From an uncultured Candidatus Micrarchaeota archaeon (GTDB lineage Archaea > Micrarchaeota > Micrarchaeia > Anstonellales > Bilamarchaeaceae): a stretch of DNA of 64,000 nucleotides. How positions within the stretch are numbered: the first letter of the stretch is position 1; every line of letters starts with the position of its first letter. The notes beneath the pieces were generated by a model that was given only the letters and a program-made list of their open reading frames with translations, did no database searches and was not told the origin of the DNA. Where the stretch lies: assembly GCA_963723105.1 (NCBI GenBank), contig CAVRPK010000002.1, positions 121,098 through 185,097 on the forward strand, given 5' to 3'. This document shows positions 39,917-48,944 of this stretch, in pieces. A program made the position numbers and the translations under genes.

Positions 39917-42900
39917 TTATTCTGCATTTCTATTTGCACGAGCAAAAGTCATGATGTGTGATGAGAGTCCTTTTCGAGCGCGCCTTGCATCAAATGTAAC
40001 CTCAGTTATCTCTTCGCGTTCTTCTTCTCCCTCAGGTACATCTACCTTTGTTTTTACTATTTTCACTCCCCAGCCTTTTCTTAGCTGTGCGCTTCTTTTG
40101 CTGGTTCCCTCAAGCACTCTTAGAACTTCTCCTTTAACTGCAGTTTCAGCTCTAGCTCGATCTCCGCCATATAACTTTTGCAGGGATTCTTGGTCTCCAT
40201 AAAGTCTTTCAAATGTTATATCCACGAATTCTGTCCATTCTGTGAATCTCTCATCAGCATAGAACTGGCTTGCTGCCTTGGTTTGCTCTGCTTTTGTTGG
40301 GCCTGCTCTTGTCTCAGTAGATCTCATATCCTCTGCATTGAATATGTATCCTGCATTAATTGCACCCTGAGCGCTTTTTCCTCGTGGCTCTGTAAACGGA
40401 TCATAATCACTTACTGATCCTCCAGATTCCTTATGCCTTACAAGAAGCTGTACAAACTGATCTGATCTTCCAGTGTTTATCTTGTACAGTGCGCCGTTTT
40501 TGACGAACTTTTCAAGAAGTTCTCGAACATCTGGCTGAGCAACAAACGCATCTTTTGAAGGTTGCAGTTGTAAGTTGAGCTGGGATATTGCTTTTTCTGC
40601 TTGATTCAGTCTATACTCGGTTGTGCAGTCCTCATCCCATCCGCTTTCTCCTGCCTTTGTCATAACCTTGGCAAATGTGCTTCTCATGGTTTCTTCTGGA
40701 ACTTCATCTGAAAGTGGATTTGGAGTGCCTTCACCTGAAGATATTTCGCTTCTCCAAGCTGCCAGGAATTCTTCTCTATGTTCGGTCTTTACAAATCTTT
40801 CTGCTTCGCCACGATTTACAAGTGGAAGCATAAGTGTTGTTACCATTGCTTTCTGTGCAACTGCAAAGTCAACATTTTCATCTCCACTGATTCCGAATCT
40901 TTCCATAGCCTCATCCTGCTGTTCAGTGATAAGGAATCTTCGCTCGTTCCAGGTAATCATGTTCTTGGTATCTCTAAGGAATGCGCCATCTATTTTTGCG
41001 CCTCCTTCTTCACCTTCTTCTCCCTGCTGAGTTCTAAGATAATTGACAAATTCATCTGACTTTTGTTTGTTAAGCTTTAGTCCATCTGTAATTTGTTCAG
41101 TATCCATTTCAAGTAAACAACATACTGGCATTGCTTTGTTTGGCAGCCATCCCTCATCAGTAACAAGGTCTGGTGCTTCAAATGCCGCAACATCATCATC
41201 ATTTTCAAAACTGAATGGGGCAGCTTTGCAGCTTTCTGGAATATGTACCTTTTTCGTGCTGCATGTTTCAGGTGTATCAACTGGAAGTTCTCTTGGCTCA
41301 CTCTTTACTCTGATAAGTGATCTTCTCTCCTGGAAGAATCTCAGAACTTCTGGATTTTCAGCAACCCACTCGAGATTTTCTTCGCCTCGAACTCCATAAT
41401 TGTCCCTGTAAAATTGTTCTCCCCGACCAGCTAGTTTGGTGTAATCATCCTTACTGTCATTGATGAGTCTTCTATGAGTTTGTGGTGTGTCAACTGAAGT
41501 TACCCATGTCCATGGCTGATAAAGTCTGCTGTGTCCATCCAATGCAAATTTGGTATTTTGGGGAACACTTGCAGTGTAATGCTGCCATAAACTTGGAGAT
41601 GCATTATATCCATAAATTCCAGTTCCAACTATGTATCCCAATGTGATTGCATGTATAATTCCAACATGCCATCTTTTGAGGTTGAACCATCCAAACATTT
41701 TGTATGTTTTTTTATTGTCATTTCCAATTCTTGGAATAACCTGTCTTCTTTCTTTAATTAAATTCTTTACGAGTGTTCTAAGTGTTGTGATGGTATATAC
41801 TTTACCTGCTATCCATCCAACTACATCAAGAGTAAAGAATGTTCTATAGAACCCATGTGCGATTCTATCAAATAGCCCTTCAATTTCCATCGGCAGTGCT
41901 TCAACCTTTTCCCCAGTCTTTTCCCAAATAGTTTTTGCAATAACCCACTGTGTTTCACTGATCTCTCCGATCTCCATGATGGAACCATCTTCAAGTTTCT
42001 TAATTGCAAGTTTAGCTGCTTCCCGAGCTGGGTATGCATACTTGTTCTTGAATTTTATGCATTTTCCATCAACATATCCTTTTGGAAGGCTCATGTTTCT
42101 TGTTGCTTCAACTATTTTTTGAAGTTCTTTTTTTACTTCTTCAGGTAATTCTGAACCTTTAACATCTTCTGCAAGCTTGTTGATTTTTGCATTAAATTCT
42201 TCCCATTCCTTTTCGAAAGATTCTTTTGCAACCTGCTCAATTGTTTTTGCAAATCCTCCAGTTTCTTTGATTTGTGGCCCTCTTTCATTTGCAAGTGCTT
42301 GCATCAACGACTCTTTTTCTGAAAGAGCTTCTTCAACATCATCTAATAGCAATGTGATTTTTGGATATTCTGCCCATTTCATTGTTTCAGGCATTTCTTT
42401 CAAAAGTCCAGCATCATTTGCTTCAAGAAGTTTTCTTCTAAATGCTGTTTCAAATTCTGTAAGTTTTTCTCCAAAGAATTTTCTCTTATCAGAGGCTTCT
42501 TTGTATACTGTCATCATTCCTTGTAACAGGCCGGTAAGATGTGTAACATCTTGTTCTGCAGCTTCAACTTCTCGGTTAAGACCTTCCTCGAGTTGTCTCA
42601 CCTGCTCTACTTTATCCCCAACAATCTCTCCTTTATCTCTTGCCTGCTGGATCCTTTCAGATGCTTCTGATCTTTTTTGTTTTGCAGCTTGCAGTACTGC
42701 TTTAGCTTCTTCTACTTTTGGCGCTAACTGATTCACCGGTTCTGCTGCCTGTTCAACTGTTTCTTTGCTGATCTGCTCAAGTCCAAGGCCTGGAACTCCT
42801 GTTTCTGCATGAATTTCATTTGAAGGAGTTTGCATAATCTCCCGAACCACTTTTCTAAACTCATCAACTGTTCTCTCTATTGGTTCATTTGATTTTTGCT

Positions 42901-43678
42901 CTAGATAAGTATCTACGTAATTAGGGTCAATAAGTCCTCTTTGAACTCTTAATTTTGCATCTGTAGTGAGTGACTTTCTCTCAGATAGCTGTTTGAGGAC
43001 ACTACCAATGTATTCCCCCTCTTTACCTTGGCTCTCCGTTTTGGCAACATTTTCCAAAAATGCGAAAAATGCTTCTGGTGGCGACGGACAGTCTGCTCCC
43101 CATCTTCCCCAAAATTCTCCAATATTTGTTGTTTTCAATCCTATTAATGTAACATATAATATATCAAGGTCATCTGCTGATAACTCCTCGACAGTACGTT
43201 TCTCAAGCATTCCAGCAAGCCTTTTTCTTACCTTAACCATTTGTTCTTTGTATTTTGGACTTGCTTCCTCCAGCGGAGTTGGAAGCTGGTCCTGGTTTCT
43301 TACAATTGCAATGAACTGATCCTGGCACATTACAGTTCGAATCAAATCGTCTGAAGTATCAAATCCTTCTGCTCTGACGTTTCCTCTTCGAAGTGCGTTA
43401 ATGAGTATTTTGTTAAATCCATGAAGCCCTGCATTTGCAACATCTGAGCTGTCTGATCCTTTTGTTGCTCTTCCTTGTTTTTCTTCTTCATGTTCATCTC
43501 GAGCAGCAAGTCTTGCTTTCTCCTCATCTGCGGCAATTAGGGTTTTTCTAGACCTTGAAAATGGTCTTGCTGCCCAACCTTTTTTTACTGTTCCCCCTAC
43601 TGCTCCAGCGGCTCTTCTAAATTTGCCTACTGCTGGATCTCTCGTCTGTGCTTGTTTCATACCTGTGCTATCCGCCAT
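39917..43678 (-). CDS. 1253-aa membrane protein: N-terminal coiled coil, TM helix, repeat region and a C-terminal domain shared with the giant protein ending at 30724
   Basis: Long ORF with heptad-like E/K-rich helices and TM WHVGIIHAITLGYIVGTGIYGY; C-terminal similarity is visible by eye. Confidence 0.85.
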   Translation of the reverse strand: MADSTGMKQAQTRDPAVGKFRRAAGAVGGTVKKGWAARPFSRSRKTLIAADEEKARLAARDEHEEEKQGRATKGSDSSDVANAGLHGFNKILINALRRGNVRAEGFDTSDDLIRTVMCQDQFIAIVRNQDQLPTPLEEASPKYKEQMVKVRKRLAGMLEKRTVEELSADDLDILYVTLIGLKTTNIGEFWGRWGADCPSPPEAFFAFLENVAKTESQGKEGEYIGSVLKQLSERKSLTTDAKLRVQRGLIDPNYVDTYLEQKSNEPIERTVDEFRKVVREIMQTPSNEIHAETGVPGLGLEQISKETVEQAAEPVNQLAPKVEEAKAVLQAAKQKRSEASERIQQARDKGEIVGDKVEQVRQLEEGLNREVEAAEQDVTHLTGLLQGMMTVYKEASDKRKFFGEKLTEFETAFRRKLLEANDAGLLKEMPETMKWAEYPKITLLLDDVEEALSEKESLMQALANERGPQIKETGGFAKTIEQVAKESFEKEWEEFNAKINKLAEDVKGSELPEEVKKELQKIVEATRNMSLPKGYVDGKCIKFKNKYAYPAREAAKLAIKKLEDGSIMEIGEISETQWVIAKTIWEKTGEKVEALPMEIEGLFDRIAHGFYRTFFTLDVVGWIAGKVYTITTLRTLVKNLIKERRQVIPRIGNDNKKTYKMFGWFNLKRWHVGIIHAITLGYIVGTGIYGYNASPSLWQHYTASVPQNTKFALDGHSRLYQPWTWVTSVDTPQTHRRLINDSKDDYTKLAGRGEQFYRDNYGVRGEENLEWVAENPEVLRFFQERRSLIRVKSEPRELPVDTPETCSTKKVHIPESCKAAPFSFENDDDVAAFEAPDLVTDEGWLPNKAMPVCCLLEMDTEQITDGLKLNKQKSDEFVNYLRTQQGEEGEEGGAKIDGAFLRDTKNMITWNERRFLITEQQDEAMERFGISGDENVDFAVAQKAMVTTLMLPLVNRGEAERFVKTEHREEFLAAWRSEISSGEGTPNPLSDEVPEETMRSTFAKVMTKAGESGWDEDCTTEYRLNQAEKAISQLNLQLQPSKDAFVAQPDVRELLEKFVKNGALYKINTGRSDQFVQLLVRHKESGGSVSDYDPFTEPRGKSAQGAINAGYIFNAEDMRSTETRAGPTKAEQTKAASQFYADERFTEWTEFVDITFERLYGDQESLQKLYGGDRARAETAVKGEVLRVLEGTSKRSAQLRKGWGVKIVKTKVDVPEGEEEREEITEVTFDARRARKGLSSHIMTFARANRNAE

Positions 43679-43706
43679 ATTTACACCTGATTATCATTAT
43701 ATTTCA

Positions 43707-43726
43707 ATTATACTCAGTAGTATAAT
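43707..43726. promoter_or_regulatory. Palindrome upstream of the first gene of the giant-gene cluster
   Basis: ATTATACT-CAGT-AGTATAAT, a perfect 8-bp inverted repeat 29-48 nt upstream of the ATG at 43678. Confidence 0.45.
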
Positions 43727-43885
43727 GTGTCTCCTATTCTTTTTAAATGTATTTATTTGTGGGGTTTCGTGCAAAGTCCAAATCCGCAGATTTCCACATG
43801 CCTATTTGATCGTAAATAGAAGAATATCTGGTGGAACTCTCCACCTGTCAAAATACAACTGTGGGCCTACTGAGCATTTTGACAA

Positions 43886-45361
43886 TCAGACAATCCTATC
43901 AATTATTTTCTTTGCATCAAAAGGTTCAAGATCTGTATACTGTTGTCCCATTCCAACATAAATAATAGGGATTCCTGTTGCTTTGTTTATTGAAAGCATA
44001 GTTCCTCCTTTAGGATCGCAATCTAGTTTTGTGAGAATTACTCCATCTATTCCAATTTCTTTGTTAAATGAAGAAATCTGTTCAATTATTGCATTTCCTG
44101 CAATGCTCTCTCCAATATAAATTGTTAGATCAGGTTCAATTACTCTTGTCATTTTTTTCATTTCATTGATCAGGCTGATGTTTGTATCCTGCCGTCCTGC
44201 AGTATCAATTAAAACAGCATTAATTCCATGTGCTTTTGCATAATTGGCAGCATCATACGCAACAGAAGTAGGATCACTCCCATATTCTCTTTTTATCATC
44301 TTGACATTTAGTCTGTCTGCGTGCACTTGCATCTGTTCAATTGCAGCTGCTCTAAAAGTATCTGCTGCAGCAAAAACAACCTTTTGATCATTGTCAAGAA
44401 GTAATTTTGCAACCTTTGCAATAGTTGTTGTTTTTCCAGCGCCATTAATCCCAAGAAATATTATTTTTACTGGTTCGCTAGATGATTTGACACGCTCAAG
44501 AATGTCAAATATATCCTCATTTTCAAGCATATCAACCAATGTTTCTTTCATTGTCTGATTGATAAAAGAATGAAGATCATCTTTTTTGATTTTACTTCCA
44601 ATCAATTTTTCGCTAAGCTCAGCGCGTATTGCTTCTGCAACAGACATTTCAACATCTGCCTCGAGCAATTCCAGCTCAAATTCTTCAAGAAGGTTTTCTA
44701 CATCCTTTGAACTTATTTCAACTTCTCTGGTGATAAAACTTTTAATTGCACCAAGAGCCCCAACTTTTATCCTTTCCTTTGGTTTTTCTTCAACAATTTT
44801 TTCAGGCTCTTTTTCCGGACTTTTTTCTTCTACAATCCTTGCAGGTTCTTCTTTTGGAAGAACTATATCTTCAGGCTCTTCAATTTTTGGCGTGGTGGTT
44901 TCTTCTTCAGGCCCATCCATTTCAACAGGTTCTTCAATAACTTCTTCTGGCTGAGAAATTTCATTTGCCTCTTCAATTATTTCTTCAGATTGAATAACCT
45001 CTTCTTCATCAGTTATTTCTTGTTCTGGCGAAATAACATCAACAGGTTCTTCAATTATTTCCTTAGTTGGCTCTTCCTTGATAATTGGTTTTTCTTGAGG
45101 AGTAGGTTTTTCAATTTTCTTTTTTGGAGTTGTTTTAACTGGTTCTGGTTTTTTCTCTGTTTTGACTTTTGGTTTTTTTTCAATAACTGCCTTTGGCTTC
45201 TCTACAGGTTTGGTTTTTTTCTCTTGTTTTTTTACAGGTTTACTTTCTTTCTTCTTTTCAACCTGGACTTTTTTCTTTTCTGGTTTTGGTTCTTTCTCTT
45301 CTTCGGTTTTAGTGAGTTTGTCAACAAACCCTCCGATTTTTTTCTTTAAGAAGTCAAACAT
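43886..45361 (-). CDS. ftsY: Signal recognition particle receptor FtsY with long charged N-terminal region
   Basis: GINGAGKTTT, DTFRAAAIEQ, DTAGR and TKLD..KGG motifs. Confidence 0.97.
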   Translation of the reverse strand: MFDFLKKKIGGFVDKLTKTEEEKEPKPEKKKVQVEKKKESKPVKKQEKKTKPVEKPKAVIEKKPKVKTEKKPEPVKTTPKKKIEKPTPQEKPIIKEEPTKEIIEEPVDVISPEQEITDEEEVIQSEEIIEEANEISQPEEVIEEPVEMDGPEEETTTPKIEEPEDIVLPKEEPARIVEEKSPEKEPEKIVEEKPKERIKVGALGAIKSFITREVEISSKDVENLLEEFELELLEADVEMSVAEAIRAELSEKLIGSKIKKDDLHSFINQTMKETLVDMLENEDIFDILERVKSSSEPVKIIFLGINGAGKTTTIAKVAKLLLDNDQKVVFAAADTFRAAAIEQMQVHADRLNVKMIKREYGSDPTSVAYDAANYAKAHGINAVLIDTAGRQDTNISLINEMKKMTRVIEPDLTIYIGESIAGNAIIEQISSFNKEIGIDGVILTKLDCDPKGGTMLSINKATGIPIIYVGMGQQYTDLEPFDAKKIIDRIV

Positions 45362-45401
45362 TTTTCAAAACCCTTTTTTAAATAATTAAAAGGTTAAAAA
45401 A

Positions 45402-45848
45402 TTAGATATAATCCTCTCTAATATTATCATCTACTCTCTGACTAAGTCTGTTTTGCTGTTCCATTGATTGAAGCTGTCCTGATGCGTCTTTGAGTTTAGT
45501 TGCAATTTTGTTGAATTCTTCAGTCAATTTTGTAACTGCGTTTTTAGTTGCTTCAATTCTTTTTTCAAGCTCAAGTTTTGCATTTTCCTTTTTCATTTCC
45601 ATTAAGTATTGAGCTCCAATTGGAATAAGTACATGTTCTCCCTCAAGTGATCCTCTAACAAGGGCGCCTCCGCCAATTGGAACAAGGGCCTTTTCATCTT
45701 TCAATCCTTCAACTGCTTTGAGTGCATTTGTTAAATCTACAGTAGTGAGGCTGATTCGCTCAGTTTCACGTTTAATCATTTGGATTTGTTCTTTGTAAAC
45801 TGCAAGCTCATAATTAATCTGCATTCTGTTTTGTTCTGCTGTAGTCAT
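45402..45848 (-). CDS. pfdA: Prefoldin alpha subunit
   Basis: LVPIGGG...VLIPIGA beta-hairpins between coiled coils; conserved position before ftsY. Confidence 0.93.
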   Translation of the reverse strand: MTTAEQNRMQINYELAVYKEQIQMIKRETERISLTTVDLTNALKAVEGLKDEKALVPIGGGALVRGSLEGEHVLIPIGAQYLMEMKKENAKLELEKRIEATKNAVTKLTEEFNKIATKLKDASGQLQSMEQQNRLSQRVDDNIREDYI

Positions 45849-45858
45849 ACAAATCAAC

Positions 45859-46032
45859 TTATGCTTTTTCTACCTTTTCAATGATTATTCTATTTCTCTT
45901 GACACCATTGTGTGATCCAAATAACCCATATGCCTTATCCCGTGCTGCATTTTCAGTTGGTGCTTCAATTGTTTTTGAAAATGGTCTCTTTTCTTTTCCG
46001 AGCATTATAGTTCCACTAATATTGAATTCCAT
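45859..46032 (-). CDS. rpl18a: 50S ribosomal protein L18a/LX (eL20)
   Basis: Hand translation (57 aa) MEFNISGTIMLGKEKRPFSKTIEAPTENAARDKAYGLFGSHNGVKRNRIIIEKVEKA; lies between aIF6 and pfdA; below the ORF-track cutoff. Confidence 0.92.
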   Translation of the reverse strand: MEFNISGTIMLGKEKRPFSKTIEAPTENAARDKAYGLFGSHNGVKRNRIIIEKVEKA

Positions 46033-46049
46033 GATGAACCCTCCAACTA

Positions 46050-46712
46050 TTATTTTATTAAACCAAGTGCCTCTTCGACACGTCCAAGTTCGAATGCAGT
46101 TGTTGCTTCTCCAGCTACATAACCGTGGCTGTTAACAACAACTCCATAACTAACATATCCTGTTCCAGTATTAATTGTTCCTTTATTGCCACGTACTTTT
46201 AGTATATCTTTCAATTGCTCCATTTCATCACTGCTTGTTTTGAAATGAGCTAAGAATCCATTGTTGGTTGCTATACAAGTACTTCCAACTGTACTGTGTC
46301 CTGCAATCATCATAGGAACAAGTTCAACGTCAAGTGCATCTTCCATTTTTTTTACTTCTTTTTTATCAAGATGCGGATTTACTATCCCTGCCTTGTCGTT
46401 TGCTGCAATGTTGTTACCATTTGCATTTTGACTGTCCTTTGAAACATAAACATTGAGACCGCTTTTTTTGATTTTGTCTGTCTCTTCTTGAGCTATGACA
46501 TTTGGAAGAATTATTCCATTTGAATTCATAGCAAGATAGACTCCAAGAAGATTTGAATCAGAGATCCCAACCTTGATGATTTCTGTTTTTAGAGTTTCTT
46601 CAACAATTGTCTCAAGTTTTTTCATGCTGTCAATCGGCAGCATGGTAAACTCATCATTTGTTTTAATGAACATCCCTATCCAGGGATTTCCAAAGTATGT
46701 GGTTTTTATCAT
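46050..46712 (-). CDS. eif6: Translation initiation factor 6 (aIF6)
   Basis: GNPWIG, GNNIAAND, GTINTG and TTAFELGRVEEALG motifs. Confidence 0.96.
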   Translation of the reverse strand: MIKTTYFGNPWIGMFIKTNDEFTMLPIDSMKKLETIVEETLKTEIIKVGISDSNLLGVYLAMNSNGIILPNVIAQEETDKIKKSGLNVYVSKDSQNANGNNIAANDKAGIVNPHLDKKEVKKMEDALDVELVPMMIAGHSTVGSTCIATNNGFLAHFKTSSDEMEQLKDILKVRGNKGTINTGTGYVSYGVVVNSHGYVAGEATTAFELGRVEEALGLIK

Positions 46713-47152
46713 TTTGTCTCAGCTTTAGCCTCTTTCTTTGGGTCTTCTTTTGCTGGCTTTTCTGTAGCTTCTGTCTTTTCATCTTTTTTAGCTACTTCTT
46801 TGGATTCTTTCTTTGGTTCTTCTTCGAGCTTTTTCACTGGAACTTTCTTTTCATCCTTCTTTGGTTCCTCTACTTTCTTTGGCTCTTCGATTTTTTCATC
46901 TGCCAAGTAGACTCTCGTATAATCTTTGCTTTTAATTGCCCGAATCTTTATCCTTCTTGGAGGCTTCTGAATGCTTCTTTGCCAAATAAAGCTGTTTAGT
47001 GAATTGCTAAGAACAACTCCGCTTTCTTCTTCTTTCATGTGTTTTGAGATAAATGATCGAAGTATTTTGACTGCTTTTGGAGCTCTCTTGTTTCTAACTG
47101 CCTTATAAGCATCTCCAAGAGGAATAGTGTAAATTCTTTCTAAATCTGCCAT
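46709..47152 (-). CDS. rpl31e: 50S ribosomal protein L31e with charged C-terminal tail
   Basis: ERIYTIPL, KRAPKAVK and IWQRSIQKPPRRI motifs. Confidence 0.96.
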   Translation of the reverse strand: MADLERIYTIPLGDAYKAVRNKRAPKAVKILRSFISKHMKEEESGVVLSNSLNSFIWQRSIQKPPRRIKIRAIKSKDYTRVYLADEKIEEPKKVEEPKKDEKKVPVKKLEEEPKKESKEVAKKDEKTEATEKPAKEDPKKEAKAETK

Positions 47153-47157
47153 AATAA

Positions 47158-47313
47158 TCACTCTATCCTAAGTTTGTCGGTTCTCCAGTCTCTTCTATTT
47201 CTGTTCTGGGTGACCTTTCTCTCAGTTCTAATCATAACAAACGCGGGTATCCGCTTGATCTTTCTCTTTGCTTTTGAAAGCCTCATCTTTTTTCCTAACT
47301 CTTTGCTTCCCAT
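47158..47313 (-). CDS. rpl39e: 50S ribosomal protein L39e
   Basis: Hand translation (51 aa) MGSKELGKKMRLSKAKRKIKRIPAFVMIRTERKVTQNRNRRDWRTDKLRIE. Confidence 0.93.
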   Translation of the reverse strand: MGSKELGKKMRLSKAKRKIKRIPAFVMIRTERKVTQNRNRRDWRTDKLRIE

Positions 47314-47323
47314 AAATATCAAC

Positions 47324-47605
47324 CTATTTTTTATGAAACGTGATTTTTGTTTCTTTTTCTGTTTGACCTTTTATTGCTCGAAGAAGAGAGAGCAATTCAA
47401 CATCACCAATTCTTCTTCCCATACGCTTATACAGCATAAGGGCGTTTTTTGCTGCCATCAAATACATATCATTGTTGGCAACAGATACATTCATCATACG
47501 ATCATAAGCATCTTCAGTCAAAGCAGCTCTCAATGCTGATTTGAGTTGTTCCTGAATCTTTTTTGTTTCTTGACGCTTTTTTTTGATCTCTTCTTCTTCA
47601 TTCAT
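47324..47605 (-). CDS. PDCD5/TFAR19-like DNA-binding protein
   Basis: LRAALTEDAYDRMMNV...LLSLLRAI...KITFHKK; conserved position after rps19e. Confidence 0.88.
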   Translation of the reverse strand: MNEEEEIKKKRQETKKIQEQLKSALRAALTEDAYDRMMNVSVANNDMYLMAAKNALMLYKRMGRRIGDVELLSLLRAIKGQTEKETKITFHKK

Positions 47606-47606
47606 T

Positions 47607-48014
47607 TCAGACGCACTCTTTGGCAATACTATCCATGAATGCTCTTCCTTTTGCACTGAGCACTCTTCCTTGTTTTTCTTTTACAAGGAGTCCTGCCTTT
47701 TCTAGCTGTTGCATTGCCTTTCTAATTGTAGATCCGCCTGCATCAACGTGTTTTTCGGGTCGTACTCCCCTTCTCTTTCTTCCACCATAATGCTTTCGGA
47801 GCTTTTGAACTCCAACAGAATTGTGGACATATATTTGTCTGAGAACGGATGCGCATCGAACATACCAGAAATTATCATCCTCTGGTGGTCTTTCTGCATG
47901 AGCCCCACTCTTAACAATGCCAACGAATGTTGGCTTCTCTATCTTCATCTCTTTCAATTTCAAAGCTGCATTTTCAATGAGCTTATTTGCTTCTACGTCA
48001 AATACTGTGACCAT
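47607..48014 (-). CDS. rps19e: 30S ribosomal protein S19e
   Basis: VKSGAHAERPP, WYVRCASVLR and YGGRKRRGVRP motifs. Confidence 0.97.
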   Translation of the reverse strand: MVTVFDVEANKLIENAALKLKEMKIEKPTFVGIVKSGAHAERPPEDDNFWYVRCASVLRQIYVHNSVGVQKLRKHYGGRKRRGVRPEKHVDAGGSTIRKAMQQLEKAGLLVKEKQGRVLSAKGRAFMDSIAKECV

Positions 48015-48156
48015 GTATACACCTTACCTTGTTGAAACCCATGGTTTTAAATGTAAAATTTGGATGCAACGGTATCACTTTGGTATATACAATACTATTA
48101 AAAGCTATCTTTCGGGCCATCTGGGGTTTAAAACTCTTCTTTTGAAAGAAACTTGT

Positions 48157-48807
48157 ATGTCTTATTATGGGGTTTATATTATTGGCAGATCATTTGCTAC
48201 TATAAATGCAGAGCCTGGAAAAAAGGTCTACGGTGAGAAGCTGAGCAAAAAGGATGGGAAAGAATTTCGCCAATGGGATGCATTTCGAAGCAAACTCTGC
48301 GGTGCAATGAAAAAAGGCCTCAAAACCTTTCCATTTACAAGCGGAAGCAAAATTCTTTATCTGGGAGCATCTACAGGAACTACTATCTCTCATCTTTCTG
48401 ATATTGTAGGCGCGGAAGGCGAAATTTACTCAGTTGAGATAGCCCACCAGTGCATGAAACTTTTTCTAAAAAATATGGAGAATCGTGAAAATGTCATTCC
48501 AATTCATGCCAATGCCAAAAAACCTGAGGAGTATGAAGAGGTTGGGCAGGTTGAGATTATTTATCAGGATGTTGCGCAGCCTGATCAGGATGATATCCTA
48601 ATTCGAAATGCCAAAATGTTTCTGAAGCCTGGAGGAATTGCAATGTTTTGCATCAAAAGCCAAAGTATTGATGTAACAAAACCTCCAGATGTTGTGTTTT
48701 CCGAGGTTATAGCAAAACTTGAGGAGCATTTCGAGGTTTTGGAAAAAATGAAACTTGAGCCCTATGATAAGGACCATCTTTTTGTGGTTCTCAAGTATAA
48801 AGGCTAG
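48157..48807 (+). CDS. flpA: Fibrillarin-like rRNA/tRNA 2'-O-methyltransferase
   Basis: VYGE, WDAFRSKL, LYLGASTGTTISH and DVAQPDQ motifs; start set to the ATG at 48157. Confidence 0.96.
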   Translation: MSYYGVYIIGRSFATINAEPGKKVYGEKLSKKDGKEFRQWDAFRSKLCGAMKKGLKTFPFTSGSKILYLGASTGTTISHLSDIVGAEGEIYSVEIAHQCMKLFLKNMENRENVIPIHANAKKPEEYEEVGQVEIIYQDVAQPDQDDILIRNAKMFLKPGGIAMFCIKSQSIDVTKPPDVVFSEVIAKLEEHFEVLEKMKLEPYDKDHLFVVLKYKG

Positions 48808-48838
48808 ATTTATATTATTTAACTGGGTAATTTTATAC

Positions 48839-48940
48839 GGGGCAGACTGTCGGAAAGTGATACTTTCGCACATAGACCTTTGGTCTTGGTGGCAAAATTT
48901 GTGTGTAGCTTTTCGTACAGCGCTTCGGCGATGCTGCCCC
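48839..48940 (+). ncRNA. Unidentified structured ncRNA candidate (~102 nt)
   Basis: GC-rich island with terminal stem GGGGCAG/CTGCCCC, several internal helices and a C-UUCG-G tetraloop; upstream TATA-like element and downstream T tract. Confidence 0.6.
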
Positions 48941-48944
48941 TATT

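Noticed and set aside
19444..43678. Provirus or tape-measure interpretation of the giant genes
   Set aside because: No capsid, terminase, portal, integrase or att repeats were recognised, and third-position A/T richness matches the host.
47917..48156. N-terminal extension of the fibrillarin ORF
   Set aside because: It overlaps rps19e and the divergent promoter; homology starts near 48157.
48839..48940. 5S rRNA, tRNA or C/D-box sRNA
   Set aside because: Too short and wrong branching for 5S; no T-loop; no RUGAUGA/CUGA pair.
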